NCBI GenBank assembly: GCA_937899865.1
Contig: CALBRH010000033.1
Coordinates: 1,873 to 65,872, forward strand
Origin: an uncultured euryarchaeote
Lineage (GTDB): Archaea > Thermoplasmatota > Poseidoniia > Poseidoniales > Poseidoniaceae
Direction: 5' to 3'
DNA: 64,000 nt
Positions 53,680 through 63,868 of the stretch are shown here, piece by piece. The position numbers and the translations under genes are program-made. Each line of letters opens with the position of its first letter. Position 1 is the stretch's first letter. Below the pieces are notes generated by a model that worked only from the letters and a program-made list of their open reading frames with translations, searched no databases and was not told the origin of the DNA.

Positions 53680-54423
53680 TCACTCTTCTTCCCAAACGAT
53701 ATTCTCGTCTTCGGACAATTCCATCATTTCAGCGACCGCCTCCTCATCTTCGGGGTCAACTTGACTAGCACGCATTTTTCTTGAGCGTCGGTCACTAATT
53801 TCTGACAATCCAGGGACGAGGTCTTCAAATCCGCCACTGTTTGGATTTTGAGACTTTAACTCGATTGAATCTAATGAGCGATTTGCCAGTTTTGATCTAC
53901 GACGGTCCTTTTCCAAGTAACCCAATACAGAACCATGTTCTGAACCCCCGGCTAACATTTCAATCGCTTGACGTGCTGCTGACAAACCTTCTTGTTCGCC
54001 AATTATCACTACTGTTGATTTGTAGATAGTAATTTCAGTATCTGTCAAGCCTTCGATAAGTTTGCGCACTTTTCCTTGGCTGCCGATGATTCTTGAGCGA
54101 ATTCGACGTTGTTGATTTGATCTCTTGCCAACAAAATCTCGTAAGTCAACCATTTCGAAAAAGTGCTGATCATCGAATAGTCTTATCGCGGCTTTTGGCG
54201 CCATTCCTCTACCAATTGCCTTGATGACATCTGGTAATTTCATGGCTTTTATTGGGTCATAACTTCCTGCTTCACCCCATTTAACTTCAACATCTCCGGT
54301 TTCAGAATCAATGTTTAATTCTTGACAACCAGATGCATTACGAATAGACTTTGCAGTAGCTCCTTTTGAACCAATCAAGACAGCAATTCTGTCTTTTGGT
54401 ACCCGAGGAAGTCCCTGTCGCAT
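53680..54423 (-). CDS. KH-domain RNA-binding protein (archaeal Dim2/Pno1-like)
   Basis: Two KH-like modules (IAVLIGSKGATAKSI; RIIGSQGKVRKLIE). It neighbours aIF1A and RIO, as in many archaea. Confidence 0.75.
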   Translation of the reverse strand: MRQGLPRVPKDRIAVLIGSKGATAKSIRNASGCQELNIDSETGDVEVKWGEAGSYDPIKAMKLPDVIKAIGRGMAPKAAIRLFDDQHFFEMVDLRDFVGKRSNQQRRIRSRIIGSQGKVRKLIEGLTDTEITIYKSTVVIIGEQEGLSAARQAIEMLAGGSEHGSVLGYLEKDRRRSKLANRSLDSIELKSQNPNSGGFEDLVPGLSEISDRRSRKMRASQVDPEDEEAVAEMMELSEDENIVWEEE

Positions 54424-54448
54424 GATGGAGCGTGCGGCTTCTTTCTTT

Positions 54449-56260
54449 TCAATCTCTTGTATTTTTTTGGATTAGAGCAATTACCAATCCACAAGCCAAA
54501 ATAGCACCAATAGAAGGCATAAATGATGGTGCGTTGATAATACTACTAACCGATGCACCGGTTACAACCATGTAATTCTCATTATTTCCTTCATTGTATT
54601 CATCTATTACATTGTTTGAGTCAATAACTAACCTTAAGTCGTATTGACCTTCATTGGGTACGGTATAATTCCAAGTCAATAATTCTGATTTGTCAGTCAA
54701 TGTTCCAGCATCAAGAGTATTGGATTCAATGATTGTCCATGATACATCTGCTGAGCGGTCTGCTGGTGCAGCTTCCAATCTTACGGTAACACTGCCACCA
54801 TAGTTTTCATTCACTTCTAAAAGGCCAGTTATAGTGACATTGCCAGTATTATCGCCAGGTTTGACAATCAATCTATCGACATTAGTATTGGTTAAATTCC
54901 ATTGAAAATCGATACTTGGTAATACTTGATAGAACACAGGGTTGGTTTGAATACTATTTCCAGCAACATCGGTAACGGTTGCTCTCAGCATTAGGTATTG
55001 TCGAGACTTTGTCGCCCAACTTGATTGAGCAACAGTACTGTCTAGTCCAGTTCCCATAGATGGCTGCCAGTTGCCTGAAATGTCAGGAGTTTGACCAAAG
55101 CCATTAGAATCGAATCCATATTCGATAAAGGAGTTAGTAATATCAATTCCAGAACTTGTATCGCTTGCGACAAACTCTACGCTTGCCGCACCAATTAGTG
55201 CGGTAGTCAATTCATCGACTATCCATTCGCCCTGAATTGGATTTTCGGTATCTACTTGAACCGTAATCTGGTTAATTTGACCGGTATTGCCAACATTATC
55301 AGTTGCTCGTAGAGATATTGTATGAATGCCATCATCCAAAGTTAGAGAATATGAGTCTGAAGTGGTTTGTGTCCAATCTACGCCATTTAGACTAACTTCA
55401 GTGTATGCAACTCCACTACCAAGGCCATCATCAACTGTGTTGATTAGTCCAGTAAGAGTAACCGATGAAGATGTTAACCAGCCGGAGCTTGATCCGGTGG
55501 AAATTATCCCGATAGTTGGACCAGTTCGGTCAATACCAATGAACATAGTTTGAGTCGCTGTTAGGCCAGAGTTGTCATATACAGTTAATCGAGGATTCCA
55601 TGTATCTTCTGAGAAACTTCCAGAAGACCAGTCCCAGCCATAATTGATATTTGATGGGCCATCGCTAGATGGAGCCCCTGGTCCAGGAACATTGGTCAAT
55701 GTTGCACGAAGTAAATCATCATCTACTGCATTCCAAGAGAATTCTAAGATTCCATCCGGTGCAGTTGAGAACCAGGCCCTATCCGATGCACTTGTACCGC
55801 TACCATATTCGATATTATTGATGCTAAATTCTGTAATAACTGGAACTTGATTATCAATGGTAAATGGTTGAGATATTTCAATAACATTTTCAGAGACAGT
55901 AGAGTCATGAGCAGTTGCTCGTAATTCATAGGCGCCGTTGGAAAAAGCAGTTGTATCAAGATATGTAACCCATGGAGATGAAGTTAAACTTGCAATATTA
56001 GTCCATAACGTGCTATCATCTGAAATTTCCACATCTAGTGATGAAACAGTGCCTGTACCGGAAAAACTGAATGAAAGAGTGTATACACCAGTTAGGCTTT
56101 GTCCATTTGTTGGACCATTAGAGAAACTAATTACTACATCAGAATTAGATTCAGCAATATTGGTTGCCTCAACCAATAATACGGTGTTATCATCATTATT
56201 AGGAATGCTAGCAATTACCATCAATAAACACATTATTGATGCCGTAAGAACTGCTCGCAT
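54449..56260 (-). CDS. Surface protein with Ig-like repeats and a C-terminal TM anchor
   Basis: N-terminal signal peptide, repeated T/S-rich beta-type modules, and C-terminal anchor IGAILACGLVIALI followed by QKNTRD. Confidence 0.7.
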   Translation of the reverse strand: MRAVLTASIMCLLMVIASIPNNDDNTVLLVEATNIAESNSDVVISFSNGPTNGQSLTGVYTLSFSFSGTGTVSSLDVEISDDSTLWTNIASLTSSPWVTYLDTTAFSNGAYELRATAHDSTVSENVIEISQPFTIDNQVPVITEFSINNIEYGSGTSASDRAWFSTAPDGILEFSWNAVDDDLLRATLTNVPGPGAPSSDGPSNINYGWDWSSGSFSEDTWNPRLTVYDNSGLTATQTMFIGIDRTGPTIGIISTGSSSGWLTSSSVTLTGLINTVDDGLGSGVAYTEVSLNGVDWTQTTSDSYSLTLDDGIHTISLRATDNVGNTGQINQITVQVDTENPIQGEWIVDELTTALIGAASVEFVASDTSSGIDITNSFIEYGFDSNGFGQTPDISGNWQPSMGTGLDSTVAQSSWATKSRQYLMLRATVTDVAGNSIQTNPVFYQVLPSIDFQWNLTNTNVDRLIVKPGDNTGNVTITGLLEVNENYGGSVTVRLEAAPADRSADVSWTIIESNTLDAGTLTDKSELLTWNYTVPNEGQYDLRLVIDSNNVIDEYNEGNNENYMVVTGASVSSIINAPSFMPSIGAILACGLVIALIQKNTRD

Positions 56261-56427
56261 GTTAACTTCACATTGGCCGTAAGCCTTGAATGCTACCCTT
56301 GTTTATTGGTAATTCTACTAATTGGAAGATAAATCGACGTGGCCGAGTTAATTCAACGCGCAATATATTGATATTTTGCTTGTATTAGAGATGGGTTCAA
56401 GTGCTTCATCATTAGTCCATAGAACTG

Positions 56428-59217
56428 ATGGCACGCATCAGGGCGCTTTTGATGGCAGCTATATTGGCTGCTATGCTTGCTTTACCACTTGGTGTTTCAG
56501 CGTATAACAGCGGTGGAATTGAAGCATCTGAAAGCCAAGTAGCAATGATCCCATCAACTGGATTAAATGTTGGCGATTCAGTCACTTTTTATCTCACTTT
56601 AACCAATACTCAACAAAGCGAAGCAAATAATGTCGGCTATGCTTTTTACAAAAATCAGTATAGTTCTGAAAACAAATTCGTTGAGAATGTAATTGATATC
56701 CAAGGGGATTCATCACAAACTGTTGAAGCAACTTGGGATGGCTTGTTGGAGAGTGATGATAAAATTTGGATAACATTCGAATATCCTCGTAATAGCGGCA
56801 ATGAGGTCTCCTTTTTCGTTGAATTTGAGGTGACTGGACTGCCAAACCTTAGAGTAATCCAAACCGAATTAACTCCATCAACTACGATTAATTCAGGGGA
56901 TACAGTACAGATTTCTAATCTAGTCAAGAATACAGGTTCACAACCTGCAGGTGCCAGTCAACTTGAAGTAAATTTACCAGGAAATTTAGCTAATCAATAT
57001 CTTCAAACCAAATCTCTCAACGCCAGTGAAGAAACATGGGTAAACACTACATTTACTGCACCACAAACAGGTTCTTACACAATTTATGTAACTCCAGATT
57101 TCAATGATGAGGTTTTGGAAGCTTCTGAACAAGGCAAATCAGTTGATGTCAATCTTTTGGTCGAGCCAAGAATGGACCTCTATCATATTGGAGATATATC
57201 TGTTTCACCAAGTTCTGGCTCATACGAAGGCCCATGGACCGTTGATGGAATAATTGGAAGAACTGGGGAATCAGGTAGTACCGATGTTACCATGTGGTTA
57301 GAAATCGATCATAATGACGGCATGTTGGCAAGCCAACCATTCACAGTGACTCTTGTTGGTTCAGAAACTTCTCAGCAATCATGGAGTACTTCTTTTGATG
57401 ATGGATTGGTAGGGACTTTAGCTCCAGGAAGTTATCAGGTTACAGCGGTTATTGACCCCTTCTTAGATGGGGCATTTACTCAAGAAGATACTAGCAATGA
57501 TAGAATTAGTACTTCGTTCGTTATACTGGAAGAGCCGGATGTATTAGTGGATTCAATTGCCTTACCTTCTTCTTCAGTAGTCAAAGCTGGTGAGAAAGTA
57601 ACTTGGGGTGTTTCGGTAACTAATCTTGGAGGCGAAGCAGTTACTGGTAATCTAATTTATACATTTGAAGGAGTTACCAGCACTTCAATATTGATTTCAC
57701 TAAATGCAGGAGAATCATATTATTGGACCGCAGAGTTAAACACAGCAGCAGGCTCACATAGTGCTGAATTTATTGCGGAATGGACTCCTTCGATAGATTC
57801 TACAGATCGAGATTTAACCAACAATATTGCAACCAATACCATTACCGTAGAATCTGGTTTGGTACTCAATTGGGCAGGTTCCAGTTTACGTATCCTTGAT
57901 GCAGAAGGAAACGCAGTATCTTTACCACTTGATGAAGGTGAACAATACACTTTCGCAATTAATCTAACAAGCCAAGAACTTGGTTCTTTAACAATTGATT
58001 GTTTTGATTCAACAATCAATTCATTGATTACAACAATTCCAGTCAATGTAACCTCCATAGGACAAAAGGTTTCAATCGAGTGTCAATTCATTGCATCAGC
58101 ACCTTCTACAACAATTCAGATGGTTCCATCAGACCCATCAGTAACTAACACATATACTAGAAAACTAACAGCCATTTCAACAGTTTCTAATGATGTCGAA
58201 GGGGAACAATCTGGAATGGGCACTGCAGCATTAATTGGTATCGCAGTAGTAATTTTGATTGCCATTTTCGTTGCTGCTATCTGGTTGACTAGAGATTCCG
58301 AAGAAGAAGTTGAGAGAGATATTTTCGATTATTGTCCTGCGTGCGATGGCGAAATTGAAGGAGATGAGAAACACTGTCCTCACTGTAGTTTTAATCTTGC
58401 AAAGGCGAGAAAACAATTCCATCCTTGTCATGAGTGTGGGGAATCAGTACCAGATTTGATGGAGAATTGTCCTTATTGCGGAGCTATACAGGATGTGTCC
58501 TCATTCTTCGAGAGACGAGAAAAGCGAGAAAGGAAAGTAGTTCCAAAACAAGAGATAGCCTTGCCAGAAGAGGACGAAGATGCAATAGTTTCCGGTACCG
58601 AAAACTTTGCTGAAGCGGTCAAGGAATTCGGTTATGATGAAGATCAATTAGAAGATGATTGGGATGAGAATATTGCATCTGCTGAGGCTGAAATCGCTGA
58701 AATTGAACAGATGTACGAGGAAGAATTTGATACTGAAGGACTAACTCCTGAAGAGATTGAAGAACTAGAGTCACAAGTAACTACCAAATTAAAGACACTC
58801 AAAGAGATGAGTGACGGAATGCAAGATCTTGATGAAATGTTGGCTGCTAAAGGAGAGTTAAAGGCTCACAAAGATGATGATTCAGAATTATCTGCCAGCG
58901 ATGCTGAAATTAGAGGTAGGCTGTATGAGATAACCGGTGAAGAGGGTGTGATGCCAGGTGACGAAGTTCATATTGGTATGGGACTTTCTGATTCCTCAAT
59001 TGCTGGTAACGAGATTGAAGATATAAGTTCTGACTTCACAGTAGAAGATGATGATCAACCACTATCAAAGATTGATGTTGATGATGAACTTCAACCTAGT
59101 AGACAAAAGCCTAAACGACGCCAATCGACAAAGAAGACCGCTGAATGTGGAGCCTGTGGTGCTGAAATACCAGTAATGGCAAAGCAATGTCCTGTTTGTG
59201 GGGCAGAATTTGAGTGA
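56428..59217 (+). CDS. Surface protein (CARDB-like repeats), TM helix, and a long acidic cytoplasmic tail with three zinc ribbons
   Basis: Signal peptide ...LGVSA-Y. TM helix ALIGIAVVILIAIFVAAIWL. Ribbons CPAC..x10..CPHC, CHEC..x10..CPYC and CGAC..x10..CPVC. Confidence 0.75.
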   Translation: MARIRALLMAAILAAMLALPLGVSAYNSGGIEASESQVAMIPSTGLNVGDSVTFYLTLTNTQQSEANNVGYAFYKNQYSSENKFVENVIDIQGDSSQTVEATWDGLLESDDKIWITFEYPRNSGNEVSFFVEFEVTGLPNLRVIQTELTPSTTINSGDTVQISNLVKNTGSQPAGASQLEVNLPGNLANQYLQTKSLNASEETWVNTTFTAPQTGSYTIYVTPDFNDEVLEASEQGKSVDVNLLVEPRMDLYHIGDISVSPSSGSYEGPWTVDGIIGRTGESGSTDVTMWLEIDHNDGMLASQPFTVTLVGSETSQQSWSTSFDDGLVGTLAPGSYQVTAVIDPFLDGAFTQEDTSNDRISTSFVILEEPDVLVDSIALPSSSVVKAGEKVTWGVSVTNLGGEAVTGNLIYTFEGVTSTSILISLNAGESYYWTAELNTAAGSHSAEFIAEWTPSIDSTDRDLTNNIATNTITVESGLVLNWAGSSLRILDAEGNAVSLPLDEGEQYTFAINLTSQELGSLTIDCFDSTINSLITTIPVNVTSIGQKVSIECQFIASAPSTTIQMVPSDPSVTNTYTRKLTAISTVSNDVEGEQSGMGTAALIGIAVVILIAIFVAAIWLTRDSEEEVERDIFDYCPACDGEIEGDEKHCPHCSFNLAKARKQFHPCHECGESVPDLMENCPYCGAIQDVSSFFERREKRERKVVPKQEIALPEEDEDAIVSGTENFAEAVKEFGYDEDQLEDDWDENIASAEAEIAEIEQMYEEEFDTEGLTPEEIEELESQVTTKLKTLKEMSDGMQDLDEMLAAKGELKAHKDDDSELSASDAEIRGRLYEITGEEGVMPGDEVHIGMGLSDSSIAGNEIEDISSDFTVEDDDQPLSKIDVDDELQPSRQKPKRRQSTKKTAECGACGAEIPVMAKQCPVCGAEFE

Positions 59218-59361
59218 TGTCCGTCGGCTTTCATAGGGTTCGTCATCGCTATTGCTCGGCCACCATGTGCGTCATTCGGACAACCGGCGATAATTTTCTA
59301 CACTTCAAATAGTCGCCCTAATAATCACTTAATTGATAACCAAGTTAACTATCGCAACATC

Positions 59362-59922
59362 ATGAGGAGAAATAGTGTAGTAGTATTTCTTCTAATGACA
59401 TTGATGACATCTAGTCTCTCAGGATGTTTAGGTTTGTTACAAGCAAGAGAGACCATTGAAGGGCTACGTGATGATGTATACCAAGTATCATATCCAGATA
59501 AAGTAGACATGGCACACACATTTTCTACAATCACGGTACAACCGTATTCCAACCAGACTTCATTCCCAGTTGATAGTGCTGTGGAGAGAATAGAGATTTA
59601 TTTCAAAGTTGGAATGAGTGGTTCTGACACAGTATCATGCTTTGATGAAGTAATTTCTAGCGAGTTGCGTTATGTTCGTGCTGAAGTTACCACTCCCTCA
59701 GGAGTTTCATTTTGGCTACAAGATGTCTGTGAGGATGTTCCACCTGCTGTGGATACTTTTGAGCCAAACCCTGAATTTGAGACAGGCGACTGGAAATTAG
59801 AGGTCGAGGCTAGAGGTTGGGGTGAGAATACATTTGGAGCATTCCAAGATAATTTCATCATAGTAATCACTGTTCATCGAGTATGTCAACAGTATCCTAT
59901 CGAACCACCTTGTGATGAATAA
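59362..59922 (+). CDS. Putative lipoprotein
   Basis: Signal peptide with a lipobox-like LSGC (MTLMTSSLSGCLG). Confidence 0.55.
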   Translation: MRRNSVVVFLLMTLMTSSLSGCLGLLQARETIEGLRDDVYQVSYPDKVDMAHTFSTITVQPYSNQTSFPVDSAVERIEIYFKVGMSGSDTVSCFDEVISSELRYVRAEVTTPSGVSFWLQDVCEDVPPAVDTFEPNPEFETGDWKLEVEARGWGENTFGAFQDNFIIVITVHRVCQQYPIEPPCDE

Positions 59923-61119
59923 TCACGCTAGAGACTCGTCACAAGCGTATTTTCTTGAACAGTTTTGGCATTTGCCAACTCGTTCATGATTACGTTTTGC
60001 GCCACCTTCAACCATCAACCGCTGGATTTCTTGAACTTCATCAAATAATTCAGATTTTGCAGCATCATCCCATATAATTTGGTGAATATTTTCATTACCA
60101 TATTGTAAGATTCCGTATGGTGTATTTCGCTTAGTATTTATTTCAACAAGATGGATATAGGCTAACAATTGACGGCGATGAGATGTATGCGGGCGTTTAG
60201 GGATTCTTCCTGTTTTTTGCTCGATTGGAATAAATTCTCCATCGATTATTACAATTTGATCAGGTCTGCCTCTAATTCCAGTTTGTTTGTCAACAAGTAA
60301 TCCTGCTGTCTCTTCATCATCAGAATAGGCTACTTCAGAACCGGGTTCAAGGCCAACATCTTTTCTTGCTAATTCAGATTCATTTTCAGAAATAAGCGCT
60401 TTTTGCAATTGCCAAGAAGCTGCTAACGTCCATATCATTGCTAAAATTATCAATATAAATCCAGCTTGTATGCGATTTTCAGCAGCATTAAGCGCAATTG
60501 AATGAAGACCTAGTAACATGGCAGCGAATAGTAAACTGATTTCTACTTTCCCTGCTTCAAACCATCCACCTTCGAAATCATTAGGTTCCCATTCAGGTTC
60601 CATAATTTTAGTTTCTTCAATCAATTTGTTCTTTTCTCTTCTAAGGTTCTCAGTTAAACCAAACCATTTCCGCCATGGAATATAGATTGTAATTATGCCA
60701 GCGGCTAGTACGGTTAGGCTCCACATTGCGAGATATCTTGCCATATCTTTTGGATATAACAACACATCATCAATCATCATGAATGCTATTGAATCAATAA
60801 CGATAGCAACTATTACGGAAAACCACCAAGTCCAAATTATCATTTGACGCTTGAACTGGATTTGTTTTGATTTGAAATCTGTAACCTTTTGATGTATTTG
60901 TGCATGTTTGGTTTTACCCATTTCAACAGATTCTCCTTTGCCGCTTTTGCCTTTTTTTGCCAATTCCCAAGATACGGGGCAGTATGAGTGGCGTTCGATA
61001 TCACTAGCACTTACTTTTAGGAGATTGTTGTTCTCATCACGCCAAAAACCATCTTTACTTTTCTTTGCTTTAGATAGGTCAAAATCAGGAGAATTCAGGC
61101 TTACTGTTGTCTCCCCCAT
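59923..61119 (-). CDS. Cas4/RecB-like PD-(D/E)xK nuclease with a 4-Cys cluster and four inserted TM helices
   Basis: N-terminal HSYCPVSWE. Then a GKTKH motif, about four hydrophobic helices, and RGRPDQIVIIDGEFIPIEQKTG (D...ExK). Then RRQLLAYIHL (QxxxY) and the C-terminal CQNCSRKYAC (CxxCx5C). Confidence 0.7.
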   Translation of the reverse strand: MGETTVSLNSPDFDLSKAKKSKDGFWRDENNNLLKVSASDIERHSYCPVSWELAKKGKSGKGESVEMGKTKHAQIHQKVTDFKSKQIQFKRQMIIWTWWFSVIVAIVIDSIAFMMIDDVLLYPKDMARYLAMWSLTVLAAGIITIYIPWRKWFGLTENLRREKNKLIEETKIMEPEWEPNDFEGGWFEAGKVEISLLFAAMLLGLHSIALNAAENRIQAGFILIILAMIWTLAASWQLQKALISENESELARKDVGLEPGSEVAYSDDEETAGLLVDKQTGIRGRPDQIVIIDGEFIPIEQKTGRIPKRPHTSHRRQLLAYIHLVEINTKRNTPYGILQYGNENIHQIIWDDAAKSELFDEVQEIQRLMVEGGAKRNHERVGKCQNCSRKYACDESLA

Positions 61120-61260
61120 ACTATGCGTTTCATGTCTTGAGACTTCTAATCTTCGCCAAATTGAGTCAATTTTTGGAAAAATTTCTCATCTTACAAAATT
61201 TGTATTATTGCGAAGCGGTTTAATATGGGGGTCAAGTGGGGCGAATGCTGAGGTCATTTC

Positions 61261-61869
61261 ATGTCTGAAGAAGCAAGCCTACTATTGCCGTTTGAAACCT
61301 ATGAAGAGAATGCTGTTAATATCGGTACTCAACAGAAGAGTGCAGATATGGCAAGATTCATTGATACCGTTAGAGATGATGGACTTTACTTGCTTGATGT
61401 AAACATGACTGATTCAAGAATAAGAAGTACTGCGACTTTTCTTAACAAGTTTGATTCTCCTAGAATTATGGTCGTCTCTGCACGACAATATGGTCAAAGG
61501 CCAGCAAGACTGTTTGCTGAAGCAATCGGTGCTAACGCAGCGGTTGGCCGTTTTATCCCTGGCTCTCTAACCAATCCAGCTCTTCGATCATACGTTGAGC
61601 CAGATGTATTATTCGTAACTGACCCTGCAGCAGATCAACAAGCATTGAAGGAAGCAGTAAATTCAGGGCTTCCAATTGTTGGAATTGTTGATGCTAACAA
61701 TAACTTGAGAAATGTCGATATTGCAGTTCCAGCAAATAACAAGGGACGCAGATCACTTGCTCTAATTTACTGGCTATTGGCTAGAGAGGTTCTCAAGGCT
61801 CGTGGAGAAACCACTGATGAGGATTGGGCAGCAGCTCAAGATGTTGAAGAGTGGCAATCTACTTTCTGA
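61261..61869 (+). CDS. rps2: 30S ribosomal protein uS2
   Basis: Archaeal uS2 pattern: LLPFETYEENAVNIGTQ, VVSARQYGQRP, DPAADQQALKEA, IPIVGIVDANN. Confidence 0.9.
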   Translation: MSEEASLLLPFETYEENAVNIGTQQKSADMARFIDTVRDDGLYLLDVNMTDSRIRSTATFLNKFDSPRIMVVSARQYGQRPARLFAEAIGANAAVGRFIPGSLTNPALRSYVEPDVLFVTDPAADQQALKEAVNSGLPIVGIVDANNNLRNVDIAVPANNKGRRSLALIYWLLAREVLKARGETTDEDWAAAQDVEEWQSTF

Positions 61870-61874
61870 TTGTT

Positions 61875-62624
61875 TCACCAATAACCTAGATTTTTAGTCG
61901 CCTCGGCGATATACATTATACCACTGGCAACTATAGCGATAAGTATACCAGTTCTAATGTGTGTTTGCTTCCACTTAGTCAGCCAACGTTTACCCAAATT
62001 GACTCCTAATATTGCTGATATAACTAAGCATGGAATCAGTATATATTCGTCAAGTATTGCACTACCCTCGAACATAATGTAGATCGGTATGCGAGTGATA
62101 TCTACTGCTAAAGCCAAAATACTCGCAGTAGCCGCATACGCTACTTTATCTGGTAATCGCTTTTGTAGAAACATTGCTCTCAAAGCGCCTTGATGTCCGG
62201 TTAAGCCACCAAAGAACCCAGAACCAAATCCTCCGATTCTATCTTCGGTATCTGGCAGTCTAATGTTTGTCCATCTTTCAGTAACTGATAGAATTGGTAG
62301 AATAATTAACGCAACTCCAACAACTAGTAGCAATGGGTCTGAAGGAATATGAGAATGCAGCACTGCACCAATTATTGCACCAATTACCAATGCCCACCCA
62401 TAGCGTTTTACTGCGGTAAAATCAACACTAGATTTTAACAATTTTAGTTTCCAAGCATTATGCGCTCCATGAATAATTGCAACAACGGCAATAGCTTCAT
62501 GCGGTGGTAGCCAAAGTAGAATTACTGGAGTAAGCATAGTTGCTAAGCCAAAACCTGCAGGAACTGTCAATGCTGCCGCAAGAATAGTGATTATCATGCT
62601 CACTACAATCAAAACAAGTTCCAT
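61875..62624 (-). CDS. TauE/SafE-family anion permease (polytopic membrane protein)
   Basis: About eight TM helices with a two-fold internal repeat and a GGLTGHQGALR-type motif. Confidence 0.65.
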   Translation of the reverse strand: MELVLIVVSMIITILAAALTVPAGFGLATMLTPVILLWLPPHEAIAVVAIIHGAHNAWKLKLLKSSVDFTAVKRYGWALVIGAIIGAVLHSHIPSDPLLLVVGVALIILPILSVTERWTNIRLPDTEDRIGGFGSGFFGGLTGHQGALRAMFLQKRLPDKVAYAATASILALAVDITRIPIYIMFEGSAILDEYILIPCLVISAILGVNLGKRWLTKWKQTHIRTGILIAIVASGIMYIAEATKNLGYW

Positions 62625-62899
62625 GACATCAACAATACGATGTAATCAATAAGTCTGTCTAAATAGATTACATGCTAGTTCACATTTTAACTTAGTCTAA
62701 TCTCATCGATAATTAACTGAATATGTCGGTTGAATCTTTTTCTATTAGAATAAGTTGTTAAGCGGTATGTTAGGAGGCTATATTGAGGCTCAGATGCTAT
62801 CTTTTCCCAGTTTGGTTTGCTTGATTCGGGGCAATTTCTTGGCCGGCATTCATGGTCTTAATTTGGCAAAAGGCGTCTCAAAATAGTCTAGGTGTAAGT

Positions 62900-63868
62900 A
62901 TGAACATAGCGGTTACAGGAGCTACTGGTACACTTGGAAAAGCGATTATGTTTAGACTTAGAGAAGCTGGTAATTCTGTAGTTGGCATAGGTATGAACCA
63001 AGCCAAAATTAGCGCTATGGAAGAGCAAAATTTTGTTATGAAACGTTGTGATATAACGAAGTTAGAAGATTTAGATGATGCAGTAAAAAATTGTGAGATA
63101 ATCATTCATTGCGCAGCCTATGCAGCACCTTTTGGAAGTAAGAAAAGATTCTTTCAAACCAACGTTGAAGGAACTGAAAATGTATTCAAAGTCAGTCAAA
63201 AAAATTCTTGTTCTCGTATAATTATGGTTTCTTCTGCGTCAATTTTTGACCGAATGAATCATGATAAACCGCATACAGATGCTACACCTGAAGTAAAATT
63301 TAGACCAAAGCATCACTATGGAGCAAGTAAGTATGATGCAGAATTATTTTGTCACTCACAACCAAAACATCAGTGGATAGGGCTTAGACCTAGAGCGGTT
63401 TTTGGACCTGGGGATCAAACATTACTTCCTCGGTTAAAGCGGTTGATTGGCAAAAATAATTACAAGACTATTGGAAATGGTGAGGCGCTAATCGATGTAA
63501 CCTGTCTTTCAAATTTTGTCGACGCAGTCTGTCTTGCAATTAAAGCCCCTGAGGAGAGTTTAGGTAAATTTTACAATATTTCCAACGGTGATCCTCGAAC
63601 TTTTAATTCAATTATGCAAGCCTATACAGCTAAATCTAAAGGGGAATATCGTCAGCGTAAACTACCTTATCTGCCAATCTTTTTACTCGCTCATTTTAGC
63701 AATGCAATCGCCTCAATTATTCCGGGTAAGCCTTGGGAGCCTACACTTACTCCGTATGGTCTAAGACAGGCCACTGGTTCACTAACATTGGATATTTCAG
63801 GAGCGAAAGCAGCATTAAATTGGCAGCCAATAAAAACCTTTGAAGAAGGCATGGAGGAATTGGAATGA
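62900..63868 (+). CDS. NAD-dependent epimerase/dehydratase (extended SDR)
   Basis: Motifs MNIAVTGATGTLG (GxxGxxG), VSSAS and YGASK (YxxxK). The track start at 62852 lies further upstream. Confidence 0.8.
   Translation: MNIAVTGATGTLGKAIMFRLREAGNSVVGIGMNQAKISAMEEQNFVMKRCDITKLEDLDDAVKNCEIIIHCAAYAAPFGSKKRFFQTNVEGTENVFKVSQKNSCSRIIMVSSASIFDRMNHDKPHTDATPEVKFRPKHHYGASKYDAELFCHSQPKHQWIGLRPRAVFGPGDQTLLPRLKRLIGKNNYKTIGNGEALIDVTCLSNFVDAVCLAIKAPEESLGKFYNISNGDPRTFNSIMQAYTAKSKGEYRQRKLPYLPIFLLAHFSNAIASIIPGKPWEPTLTPYGLRQATGSLTLDISGAKAALNWQPIKTFEEGMEELE

Noticed and set aside
59921-59936. aatcacgctagagact, which resembles the ACACTAGAGG core
   Set aside because: Only 9 of 12 core matches. It lies at the junction of two convergent stop codons, far from the island, and has no upstream ATTCC block.
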